Source: Candidatus Saccharimonadales bacterium (GTDB taxonomy: Bacteria > Patescibacteriota > Saccharimonadia > Saccharimonadales > UBA10212). From it: a stretch of DNA of 64,000 bases. Below, piece by piece: positions 9,295 to 17,931 of this stretch (its first letter is position 1; the number at the start of each line of letters is the position of its first letter). The stretch covers positions 22,777 to 86,776 of the forward strand of contig JANWHE010000016.1 of assembly GCA_025450575.1 (NCBI GenBank), read 5' to 3'. Below the pieces are notes generated by a model. That model ran no database searches, was not told where the DNA came from, and saw nothing but the letters and a program-made list of their open reading frames with translations. The position numbers and the translations under genes were made by a program.

Positions 9295-9308
9295 GTTAAA
9301 ATAAGGGG

Positions 9309-9761
9309 ATGAGAAAGAAGTCTCAGGCCCCAGGCAGAATCGTCAACCGACGGGCTCGTTATGATTATGAGCTCGGCGACTCTTTAGTGGTGGGTCTGCA
9401 GCTGAGCGGCGCGGAGACTAAAGCCCTGCGCATGGGCCATGGCCAGCTGCGCGGCGCCTACGTGACCGAGAAAGACAGGGAGCTGTGGCTGATCAACGCC
9501 CAGATAAGCGGCAGCAGCGGCATCAATATCCCGGAAGATAACCAGACCCGCAGCCGCAAACTGCTCGCCAGACGCAAAGAGATAGACAGTATGATCGCCG
9601 CCCGCCAAGCCGGCAACGCTCTGGTGCCGACCGAATTGCTAACCGCTGGCCGCTATATTAAACTGCGCCTAGCGGTGGGGCGCGGCAAAAAACGCTACGA
9701 TAAGCGCGAATCCATCAAACGCCGCCAACAGGAAAGGGAAGTAAAAAGGATTACAAGGTGA
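9309..9761 (+). CDS. smpB: SsrA-binding protein SmpB
   Basis: NRRARYDYEL, GAETKALR, RKLLARRKEI and GKKRYDKRE signature motifs. Confidence 0.9.
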   Translation: MRKKSQAPGRIVNRRARYDYELGDSLVVGLQLSGAETKALRMGHGQLRGAYVTEKDRELWLINAQISGSSGINIPEDNQTRSRKLLARRKEIDSMIAARQAGNALVPTELLTAGRYIKLRLAVGRGKKRYDKRESIKRRQQEREVKRITR

Positions 9762-10552
9762 GAATTTACTCCTGGAACGTCAACGGTATAAGAGCAGTGG
9801 TGCGCAAAGGGGCCTTGCAGGAGTTCATGGCCAAAGAAAAGCCCGACATCCTGTGCATGCAAGAGACCAAAGCTAAACAGGGCCAAGCTGAAATCGAATT
9901 CCCAGGCTACGAAGAGTATTGGAATTCCGCCGAAAAACCAGGCTACTCGGGCACAGCTATCTTCACCAGAATCAAACCTCTCAAAGTTATTAACGGATTG
10001 CCCGAAGACATTGTTAGCGAATATAAAGTCCACGGTGACGTTTACGGCGACCCTAACAAAGAGGGACGGGTAATAACCGCTGAGTTCGATGAGTTCTTTG
10101 TGGTCGGTGTTTACACCATCAACATCAAGGACGATCTAAGCCGCCTGGGTATTCGGCAAGCCTGGGATAAAGCTTTTTTAGCCTGGTGCCAAGCGCTGGA
10201 AAAGAAAAAGCCAGTAATATTTTGTGGTGACTTAAATGTCGCCCATACCGAGGACGATTTGGCCCGGCCTAAGGAAAACGTCGGCAAGCGCGGGTTTACT
10301 GACGAAGAGCGTGCCGGGTTCCAAGCGTTGGTTGACCACGGATTCGTAGACAGTTTCCGAATGTTCAAGCAGGGGAATGGTTTTTATACCTGGTGGACAC
10401 ACTGGGCGAATGCCCGCGAACGCAACGTTGGCTGGCGGATCGACTATTTTTTGGTTTCGGCTAGCCTAAAGCCAAAAATTAAATCAGCTGCAATCCACGC
10501 CGATGTGATGGGCTCCGACCACTGCCCAATTAGCCTCGAATTAGATATATGA
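9758..10552 (+). CDS. xth: Exodeoxyribonuclease III (AP endonuclease)
   Basis: MRIYSWNVNGIRA, CMQETK, GDLNVAH and SDHCP motifs. Confidence 0.9.
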   Translation: MRIYSWNVNGIRAVVRKGALQEFMAKEKPDILCMQETKAKQGQAEIEFPGYEEYWNSAEKPGYSGTAIFTRIKPLKVINGLPEDIVSEYKVHGDVYGDPNKEGRVITAEFDEFFVVGVYTINIKDDLSRLGIRQAWDKAFLAWCQALEKKKPVIFCGDLNVAHTEDDLARPKENVGKRGFTDEERAGFQALVDHGFVDSFRMFKQGNGFYTWWTHWANARERNVGWRIDYFLVSASLKPKIKSAAIHADVMGSDHCPISLELDI

Positions 10553-11136
10553 GAACGGTAGCGGTCATCGAAGGTTTCAGCGGCGGACCGATGCACACCC
10601 GGCGTTTCCGGCAGGCGCTGGCTGAAGCCGGATACCAGCTTATAAAAAACCGCCGGGAAGCGGATATCATCATCGCCCACTCGGCGGGGATCTATGGCAT
10701 TCCGGCGGCCGCCAAGGCTGATTTATTAATCTTGATAGGTCCGACCTACTGGCCCGGTCAGAAGCTAATCAAGCGGCTTGTCCGCCATACCCGCTCCAGC
10801 CGGCGGTACCATGTAGCGAAATTCGGCTGGCGCTATTATCTATGGAAGAAACTGCTGGAGCTATATTATTTCTTCCGCCGCCACCGCTACCTATGGCTCG
10901 GTATTATCCATAACAACCGCTTAGACCGCCTAAACAAGCTTATTGAAAAACCCGGCCGCAGAACCATTATTATCCGCAATCAGGACGACCCCTTCAGCAG
11001 CCCGGCGCTGCGTAATGAGCTTAGGAGCCGGAACGTCCAATTCCAGCAAATGCCCGGGGTACACGATGACTACGTAACTAACCCGCGGCCCTACATCGAT
11101 TTGCTCCGCGCGGCTGAAAGTAAGGAAATGCCATGA
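10549..11136 (+). CDS. Hypothetical protein, possible alpha/beta-hydrolase fold
   Basis: An AHSAG nucleophile-elbow-like motif. Translationally coupled on both sides (4-nt overlaps). Confidence 0.35.
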   Translation: MRTVAVIEGFSGGPMHTRRFRQALAEAGYQLIKNRREADIIIAHSAGIYGIPAAAKADLLILIGPTYWPGQKLIKRLVRHTRSSRRYHVAKFGWRYYLWKKLLELYYFFRRHRYLWLGIIHNNRLDRLNKLIEKPGRRTIIIRNQDDPFSSPALRNELRSRNVQFQQMPGVHDDYVTNPRPYIDLLRAAESKEMP

Positions 11137-11894
11137 TTTGGCTGAAGCAGAAGACCGAGCCCTTATTCCCAGATGTTATGTGGAGCCGGCCCGAGAACCG
11201 GCGCCAGGCCGGCAAGCTGCTAATCATCGGCGGCCATGGCCAAAGTTTCAGCGCCGTCTCGGAGGCGTACTCGGCAGCTACCAAAGCCGGTATCGGCACG
11301 GCGAGAGTAATCGTGCCCGACAGCCTGCGTAAGACGCTCAGCCAGGTTTTCCCAGAGGCCGAGTACGCCATCAGCACGCCAATCGGCAGTCTCAGCCGTA
11401 AAGCCTTGGCGGAGCTGGTAGACGCCGCCTTATGGGCCGACGGCGTGCTTTTAGCCGGCGATTTCGGCCGTAATTCCGAAACTGCCGTCTTGCTTGAAAA
11501 TTTTCTCGAAAGATACACCGGCATATTGAGCCTGGCCGGCGATTCCATCGACTATTTCCTAGCCCATCCGGCTAAGCTCATGCGAAGAGGTAATACGTCG
11601 CTGGTCGCCAGTCTGGGACAACTGCAAAAACTGGCGTCACCGGTCTTAATTCAGCAGCAAGCTGATCTTATAAAGGTTGCGGAACAGATATCAGGCTGGG
11701 TTAGCCAGACGGCTGTGGCGGCCATGACGGTCCGCTCCAGCCAGATAATCGTCGCTTTCGGGGACCGGCTATCCACCACCCCGGCCAAAATCGACGCCCC
11801 GAACCCTGCTTTAGCGGCCTGCGCTAGCGTCTGGCGCCTCCAGCAGCCAGAGAAAACCTTCGAAGCCCTGACTTCTTCGACTTTGTGTCTTTGA
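11133..11894 (+). CDS. YjeF C-terminal / carbohydrate-kinase-like protein (NAD(P)HX dehydratase family, divergent)
   Basis: GKLLIIGGHGQSFSAVSEAYSAATKAGIGTARVIVP matches the YjeF_C ribokinase-like N-terminal signature. The C-terminal motifs are weak. Confidence 0.55.
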   Translation: MIWLKQKTEPLFPDVMWSRPENRRQAGKLLIIGGHGQSFSAVSEAYSAATKAGIGTARVIVPDSLRKTLSQVFPEAEYAISTPIGSLSRKALAELVDAALWADGVLLAGDFGRNSETAVLLENFLERYTGILSLAGDSIDYFLAHPAKLMRRGNTSLVASLGQLQKLASPVLIQQQADLIKVAEQISGWVSQTAVAAMTVRSSQIIVAFGDRLSTTPAKIDAPNPALAACASVWRLQQPEKTFEALTSSTLCL

Positions 11895-12585
11895 CCTGAT
11901 GCTCATATTCGTATATCGGCGCCCACAGCATGCCCAACGATAGGGCATATAGACATTCCTCCAGGGGTATGCCCGCGATTAAGATATGCGTGGTGCGCTG
12001 TAAGTGATAATAATCAGCCACAAAAGACGGGAATACTCGGTTAAACAACGAGTATAACGTGAAATAAACAATCAGGAAGAACAAACCGCCTGTTAACGAA
12101 TTAGTAAGTAGATCTCGCCGCTGGACGACCAGAACGGACGCGCTGACGAACTGCAGGATTATTAAGAAGTACATGGCGTTGATCGGCGTGAGCGCGAACA
12201 CCGCGAATCCAACAGCCGCGCCTATCAATAAGGCATGTCCGCGCTTCATTTTTTTGTCCGTTCTTCTATTTACTCTGACCCTAAAGAAATAATCGTATAG
12301 CCCGGCTACGACCGCGCTGGCAAAAAAGATGAACAGCTCGTCTTCGATAGCCAAGCCGCCGGTCCTTTGGCCGATATTGAATAGTGTCGGGGGCGACCAG
12401 TAGCCCGGCGTTACCGACTTGGCGGCATCAGAACTTAAAAGCTTAAGTATGAAAAAGCAGGGTGTAGTAAGAGCTAAATACAAAGTGCCGCTGTAAACCA
12501 TTACTTTTCGCAGATCTTTTCTAACCAGGAATAAGAAAGCGAATATCACGACTGCGGCCAAGTCCCCAGCTAGATAAGCATACAT
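11824..12585 (-). CDS. Polytopic membrane protein, paralog of the adjacent gene; weak lycopene-cyclase-domain-like motifs
   Basis: Seven to eight TM segments. IEDELFIFF and IPLEECLY motifs occur once per half. The 3' end overlaps the convergent gene by 71 nt. Confidence 0.45.
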   Translation of the reverse strand: MYAYLAGDLAAVVIFAFLFLVRKDLRKVMVYSGTLYLALTTPCFFILKLLSSDAAKSVTPGYWSPPTLFNIGQRTGGLAIEDELFIFFASAVVAGLYDYFFRVRVNRRTDKKMKRGHALLIGAAVGFAVFALTPINAMYFLIILQFVSASVLVVQRRDLLTNSLTGGLFFLIVYFTLYSLFNRVFPSFVADYYHLQRTTHILIAGIPLEECLYALSLGMLWAPIYEYEHQVKDTKSKKSGLRRFSLAAGGARR

Positions 12586-12587
12586 TC

Positions 12588-13307
12588 TTAAGCCCTGCGC
12601 TTATTGGCTACAGTTTTACGGACGGCTATGTTTATGGGCACATAGCCGAACTCAAAATCACGCCAGGGGGCTACCAAAGCAGCAAAAGCGGCGCCCCACA
12701 AAAATTCGGTCAAGGGCACGATGCCGAATATCAGTGGAGCTTTGCCATACAAAAAATAATATTGCTTAAGGTAATTAGGCGCCAAAATAAGAAGTACCAT
12801 TTCCATGAAAGCTAATATTGAGCCGCCTAGCAGAGCCGACAGGAGAGTCTCGGGTATCAGGTCTCGGCGCATGATGATTATGACCGCGGCCGGCAGCAAG
12901 AAGCCTATGGCGCTGGCGTAGATACTGTTCATGAAAGGGGTGAGCGTTTCTACGGCCAGTACTTCTGAAATTATCAGCAGGGAGGTAATCCAGTAATGAG
13001 GGTGTTTTTTTCTGCGCAGCCGTTTATGGAAAAACACGTCATATATGCATACGCATATGCCGCCGAAAGCAACGCCAAAGAAAAAATCCTCTATGCCTCC
13101 ATAGTGGCCCAGTCTGAATAGAAGCGGGGGATGCCAGTAGTCTCGGAAGAAGACACCCTCCGACAAAACGCCGGCGAGGCCGACGGCTATGCCGGTCCTA
13201 AGCATCCGGCGCCTCAGGTCTTTACGGGCATGATAAAAAATCCCGAATACACCTAAGCCTCCAAGCGAACCCCAGAAATAAAGATATCGTGTAAAAATTT
13301 CTGACAT
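12588..13307 (-). CDS. Polytopic membrane protein, paralog of the adjacent gene; weak lycopene-cyclase-domain-like motifs
   Basis: Same architecture as its neighbour. GIEDFFFGV and VPLTEFLW motifs sit at equivalent positions. Confidence 0.45.
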   Translation of the reverse strand: MSEIFTRYLYFWGSLGGLGVFGIFYHARKDLRRRMLRTGIAVGLAGVLSEGVFFRDYWHPPLLFRLGHYGGIEDFFFGVAFGGICVCIYDVFFHKRLRRKKHPHYWITSLLIISEVLAVETLTPFMNSIYASAIGFLLPAAVIIIMRRDLIPETLLSALLGGSILAFMEMVLLILAPNYLKQYYFLYGKAPLIFGIVPLTEFLWGAAFAALVAPWRDFEFGYVPINIAVRKTVANKRRA

Positions 13308-13420
13308 TTCAAATACCCGGCGTCCCGTTACGGTTGCGGATTATTCTTATAGCAGCGAAAGGCATTTTTTGTTTTAGTCTTAACAATTTAATAATATCAT
13401 CAATCGGTTTTTATTAAATA

Positions 13421-13452
13421 GGGGTCGCGCAGCCGGGCGGCTGCGCGACCCC
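13421..13452 (-). terminator. GC-rich hairpin terminator downstream of the ACP gene
   Basis: GGGGTCGCGCAGCC-GGGC-GGCTGCGCGACCCC: a 14-bp perfect stem 9 nt after the stop codon. Confidence 0.6.
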
Positions 13453-13460
13453 GAAGTGCC

Positions 13461-13769
13461 CTACTCGGCGGGCGCCGTCTCGGCGATCGTGAGATCGTCA
13501 CGGCGTCCGTAGAGGTAGTTGACCGCGTCGCCGACGGTGAGAAGCGTGAGGGAGTCGTCATCGGAGATCTTGATCCCGAAGCCGTCCTCGAACTCCATGA
13601 CCATCTCGACCAGGTCGAGCGAATCGAGGCCGAGGTTCTTCTCGTCCTTGTGCTTGTCGACGTTGAAGAACGCGTCCTCGACGATGTCGTCTCTGGCGAC
13701 GCCTTGGGCGGTCAGGACGTCGACGAGCTTCTGGAGGATCACCGCGCGGGTGATTTCCTCTCCTGCCAT
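13461..13769 (-). CDS. Acyl carrier protein-like (phosphopantetheine attachment DSL motif)
   Basis: LGLDSLDLVEMVMEFEDGFGIKI, the canonical ACP helix II. The ATG at 13769 is preceded by GGAGG. Third-codon positions are almost entirely G/C, unlike the neighbouring genes. Confidence 0.8.
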   Translation of the reverse strand: MAGEEITRAVILQKLVDVLTAQGVARDDIVEDAFFNVDKHKDEKNLGLDSLDLVEMVMEFEDGFGIKISDDDSLTLLTVGDAVNYLYGRRDDLTIAETAPAE

Positions 13770-13866
13770 CTGGTACCTCCGGAGTAGAGGGAACGTTCGC
13801 TGCCGGCGCTGTGGCACGGATAGCACTAATACTTTACAATAAAACTAATTATAAATCAATGTTATG

Positions 13867-13951
13867 TGGTGGGTGAGGAGGGAATCGAACCCTCAATCCG
13901 TAAGGAACACGATTTTGAGTCGTGCGCGTATACCAGTTCCGCCACTCACCC
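13867..13951 (-). tRNA. tRNA-Leu (anticodon CAA), class II with long variable arm, CCA encoded
   Basis: Reverse complement reads GGGTGAG..CACGA-CTCAAAA-TCGTG..long variable arm..GGGTTCGATTCCC..CTCACCC-A-CCA. Confidence 0.9.
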
Positions 13952-13990
13952 TCGAAAATAACAGATGTATTGTACAATAAAGCTAAGCTT

Positions 13991-15208
13991 ATGCACAGTA
14001 GCGACGACGGTAAGACCGATCAGTTTGACGCTTCTTTACAACTGCCCATCCGGGGCTCATCGAATGATAGCCGCTTAAAGGAAGAACGGGAGGCGGCGGC
14101 TGATCTAATCCGCAAGAAAGTGGAGGCCGCTTACGCGGCCGAGCCGGACGCCGCCGAGGAAACCCAGGAAGCCGAGCAGGAGCCCGCCCGCCGGCGATCC
14201 AAGCACCAGCGGTTCATTCTCGAGCTGACCAACTCCGGCCGGCCGCTGCACGAAATCCAGGTCGCCTGGCACGAGTACTACGCCGGCCTGACTGATAAAG
14301 AGAAGCACGAAGTCTGGCAGGAGTTCTACAACGCCCACGCCCAGGCGGCCCAGCATCCGGCTATCGCCAAAACCGAGAGCCAACCGCGGCCGAGAGCCAG
14401 CCGGGCTAGAAAAACGTCCTCCCAGCTCGCCAAAACTGCATCGGAGAAGATCTCACGGGTCCGAGCCTCTACCCGGCCGGCCGGCCGGAAGCCGGCCAAG
14501 CGCGCCAACCCGCTACATTCTCTGCTTTTCGGCTTGGGTGTCGGCTCGATAACCATCCTTATCTTTCTGTTCAGTTTTTTTAATGATCGGATTATCGCGC
14601 CGTTCATCCAGCCCAGCCGCCACGCGATCAATATACCTTTGATCAGCGGCGCGGCCGTTAGCCCCGATCCGGAAGTCATTATCCCCAAAATCAACGCCGA
14701 GGTGCCGGTCGTCTATGATGTCAATTCCACCGATAATGAAGCCATCCAGCAGGGCCTGACCGAAGGCGTCGTGCACTACCCCAGCAGCCCAGCTCCCGGA
14801 CAGGACGGCAATGTCGTGATAGTAGGCCACAGTTCCGGCAACATCTTCAATCTGGGAAATTACAAATTCGCTTTTTCGTTACTGAGGGAAATGAACGATG
14901 GCGATACGTTCTTTTTACAGAAAGATAGCCAGCGCTACACTTATCAAATTTACCGTAAAGAGGTCGTCAAACCGACGGACGTCAGCGTGCTGGGGCCGGC
15001 CGATAAACCGGCCACCGCCACGCTGATAACCTGCGATCCGCCCGGCCTCAGCACTAACCGCCTGGTACTGGTCGCCGAGCAGATCAGTCCAGACCCTGTG
15101 GCTAACGCCTCAGCCTCAGCCGCCAGTACCGTACCGCCCACAGCCACGATTATACCCGGCAACTCACCGTCGCTATGGTCGCGCATCGTCAAGTGGTTTA
15201 AGAGCTAG
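13991..15208 (+). CDS. Sortase-family transpeptidase with long charged N-terminal region and one TM helix
   Basis: VVIVGHSSG (His), TLITCDPPG (TLxTC Cys) and STNRLVLVAEQ (Arg). The start was moved to ATG 13991 because the listed start lies inside the tRNA. Confidence 0.8.
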   Translation: MHSSDDGKTDQFDASLQLPIRGSSNDSRLKEEREAAADLIRKKVEAAYAAEPDAAEETQEAEQEPARRRSKHQRFILELTNSGRPLHEIQVAWHEYYAGLTDKEKHEVWQEFYNAHAQAAQHPAIAKTESQPRPRASRARKTSSQLAKTASEKISRVRASTRPAGRKPAKRANPLHSLLFGLGVGSITILIFLFSFFNDRIIAPFIQPSRHAINIPLISGAAVSPDPEVIIPKINAEVPVVYDVNSTDNEAIQQGLTEGVVHYPSSPAPGQDGNVVIVGHSSGNIFNLGNYKFAFSLLREMNDGDTFFLQKDSQRYTYQIYRKEVVKPTDVSVLGPADKPATATLITCDPPGLSTNRLVLVAEQISPDPVANASASAASTVPPTATIIPGNSPSLWSRIVKWFKS

Positions 15209-16715
15209 TCCGTAGCTTCTTGGGGAGGTCGGCACCGGCCTGCATATCGATATCTTGCAGGATGACACCCGAGCCGTCACTGGCCGGCACGGTGGTCAGC
15301 AGATGATGATAGTTGGCGTTGAACAAGCCGCCATTGATAAAATTCGTATCAGTCACCAGCTGCTTATTGGTGCCATCATAATCCATCACGAAAACTTTGC
15401 CGCCCGATTCGCCGATAAACCGGTGGCCGTCCATCCAGGTCATTTCGCCGCTTAAAGTCTGGCTGATAGGATACTGGTAGATACTGTCGGTCTCGATATC
15501 GTAAACCGCGAAGCGCTGGCCGCTTTCGGCTCCTATGAAACGGGCGTTGTTTGAAAATCCGATCTTATCAGCGCCGTCATCGCGCAGCGCCAAAAGCGGC
15601 AAAGCCTCGCCGTTGGACGGATTTTTGATGCTATCCAGCGGGTTCTTAAAAACGCTGATTCTGTCGGACTTATCGCTGCCGGCCGCGTAGTAAAAATTTC
15701 CCTGGAATTGGGCGGCATCGATAAGGTAGGTAGTACCGGCGCTGAATTCATCGAGTTTATAACTCGAGCCGCTTTCCCAGATGCGAGCAGCCACTTTCCC
15801 GACGGGCTCGTTGGCGGCCGTGACGTAAGTAATAAGGTCTTTGCCGTAGGGTTTATAAGCGAGGATATTCTTGAGCAGCGCCGGACCGACCGTCTTGTCG
15901 CCGACGTTGCCTAAGCTCAGGTTGCCATCGGTTTGGCTGAAGAGATAAAGCTGATCGGCCTTTTTGTTGTATAGGCTAACCTGGGAAGGGCTGACGCCAA
16001 ACAGCTTATTGACATTGAAAGATTGGTCCGGATGCGCCCGGTTGAAAACAACAAACTCCATGCCGCCGGTATAATCGTGCCTCAGCAAGACGTTGTTGTT
16101 GTCGGTCGACCATTCTACCTCTGTTAATTTAGAGTCGCTAGTATAACCTGTAAGGACGCTGGCCGGCAGGCGGACCTGCTGCACGGCCGGCGTGGCGCCA
16201 TCAAGGGTGGTCGTGTCGTATTCGTCAAAAAGGGGAGACGCCGCGCTGGCCTGATTATCTTCGACTAGCAGCCACTGCTGGTTAGGGGATTCGGTGATCA
16301 GCCCGGGTTCAGAGGTGTATGTCTTGAGGTTGGTAGCGACCGGCTTGACTGGAAACATCATCGGATAGACGTAGCGGGCCACGCTTTGCTCGCTAAGGAC
16401 AAATTGGCGGGTCCAGTCGCGGTAGCCGTCCTTCTTGAGCGTCAGGGTATAGTTGCCGGCCGGCAGGATTAACCGGGCGGCGGTAGTCGTATTCTTATCG
16501 ACCCCGTTCAGATATATTTCGGCGCCTCCCGGATTAGAGTCAGCGAACAGTAGGCCGTTCTGGACGATCTGGCCGGTTTTGGTGTTGATACCGTAACCGT
16601 TGGCGCCATAAACGATAATAACCGTCGCCAGACCGATGACTATGGCTACTAGGACATAGCCGATAATCAACCGGATGGTGTGGGCACGGCGTTTCCGAGG
16701 GTCTAAAAAGTCCAT
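15198..16715 (-). CDS. PEGA-domain protein, membrane-anchored, with C-terminal beta-propeller-like region
   Basis: N-terminal TM. PGGAEIYLNGVDKNTTTAARLILPAGNYTLTLKKDGYRDW is a PEGA module. Confidence 0.7.
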   Translation of the reverse strand: MDFLDPRKRRAHTIRLIIGYVLVAIVIGLATVIIVYGANGYGINTKTGQIVQNGLLFADSNPGGAEIYLNGVDKNTTTAARLILPAGNYTLTLKKDGYRDWTRQFVLSEQSVARYVYPMMFPVKPVATNLKTYTSEPGLITESPNQQWLLVEDNQASAASPLFDEYDTTTLDGATPAVQQVRLPASVLTGYTSDSKLTEVEWSTDNNNVLLRHDYTGGMEFVVFNRAHPDQSFNVNKLFGVSPSQVSLYNKKADQLYLFSQTDGNLSLGNVGDKTVGPALLKNILAYKPYGKDLITYVTAANEPVGKVAARIWESGSSYKLDEFSAGTTYLIDAAQFQGNFYYAAGSDKSDRISVFKNPLDSIKNPSNGEALPLLALRDDGADKIGFSNNARFIGAESGQRFAVYDIETDSIYQYPISQTLSGEMTWMDGHRFIGESGGKVFVMDYDGTNKQLVTDTNFINGGLFNANYHHLLTTVPASDGSGVILQDIDMQAGADLPKKLRTSS

Positions 16716-16787
16716 ATCTTTAATCTATTTTGGCACATATTCGACGCCCGTCACAGAAAGATAATGGTTTTTTTGGCCGGAACCTCC

Positions 16788-16816
16788 TTGATAAGCGTAG
16801 GCGTCTTATGTAATAT
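16788..16816 (+). promoter_or_regulatory. Sigma70-type promoter candidate (TTGATA-17-TAATAT)
   Basis: Hexamers at 16788-16793 and 16811-16816 with a 17-nt spacer, in the 340-bp gap upstream of the 17059 gene. Confidence 0.45.
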
Positions 16817-17058
16817 TAAACCTGTAATATAAATGTAACTTATAGTGGACGCGCGGTATCGTTTTTATTAACGGGATCGACTACGGCGCCACTACGGGAC
16901 AGATTATTAGCGCATTCAGATCGGCCAACCAGAACGCCCATTCTCAAGTCATCGACGGCTTTGTATCAAGACCCTCAAAAAATAAACCGACAGATAGCTC
17001 CAGCCGTCACCACCTAAAATCCACCCAGATCCATAAGCGGACGGAAAAAACCCGTACT

Positions 17059-17898
17059 TTGATGCGCGGCGGCCTCAAGAAACCAGAAGGCCGTGCCCAC
17101 GACCTGGCTCACGGATCCGCCTTGCCGCGCATCGGCACCCAGTTGCGGGCCAAGACTATCCACCGGCATTCGCGGGTAGAGCACTTCGGTAACCCGCTTA
17201 AGTCCGGCGGCCACGCCAGCCAAGCCGTCAGCGGCGAAATCGTCAGCCGCGGGGCGGCTGTTTCGACCGGCGGCGCCAGTGCTATGGCGGCGCCGCTGCC
17301 CAGCATGATGGTCAGCGCCTCCCACCAGAAGCTGGAAAGATTATTAGACGAAGCCCTGGCTAAAGCCGACTCCCATAAGCAAGCTTTGCGCTATCATGCC
17401 GCCCGGCATTTCTGGCAGCGGCGCTGGTTCAACGGGCCGGCCAGATGGGCGGTGGGCGGCGCCGTATTGCTAGTGATTATTGGCGCGTTTTTATACAGCT
17501 GGCGGAGCATACCTCAACTCTCCATGAAAATCGCCGGCATTAGAGCCCATGTCGCCACAGTCATCCCGACCTATAAACCCGACGGGTATAAGATAGCCGG
17601 GCCGGCCAAAGCCGTCAGCGGCGCCGTGGTGGTCCAATATAAATCAGCTTCCGACCAGAGTAAGACTTATGACATCACCGAGCAGCCCTCGGCCTTCACC
17701 AGCTCGATGGTTTCGCAGAACGTAGTACCTAAAGGCTCGCCCGTCCAGACCTCCCAGGTAGAAGGTAATACCGTCTATATTTATGGTAGCTCCAATGATG
17801 CCTCCTGGGTCAATAACGGGGTATTGTATACCATCAAGAACCGCTCCAGCTTGGGCTCCGACCAGCTCATCCAAATCGTCTCCGGCCTCAACCCTTAG
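17059..17898 (+). CDS. Hypothetical single-pass membrane protein (start uncertain)
   Basis: Central TM segment WAVGGAVLLVIIGAFLY with a beta-rich C-terminal domain. The frame stays open upstream to 16846 without a canonical start codon. Confidence 0.5.
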   Translation: MMRGGLKKPEGRAHDLAHGSALPRIGTQLRAKTIHRHSRVEHFGNPLKSGGHASQAVSGEIVSRGAAVSTGGASAMAAPLPSMMVSASHQKLERLLDEALAKADSHKQALRYHAARHFWQRRWFNGPARWAVGGAVLLVIIGAFLYSWRSIPQLSMKIAGIRAHVATVIPTYKPDGYKIAGPAKAVSGAVVVQYKSASDQSKTYDITEQPSAFTSSMVSQNVVPKGSPVQTSQVEGNTVYIYGSSNDASWVNNGVLYTIKNRSSLGSDQLIQIVSGLNP

Positions 17899-17931
17899 CA
17901 AACTCCGCTTTTATCAATTACAATTAATCTG

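Noticed and set aside
13922-13990. Listed start of the sortase ORF at 13922.
   Set aside because: It overlaps the tRNA-Leu gene on the opposite strand. The ATG at 13991 gives a sensible N-terminus.
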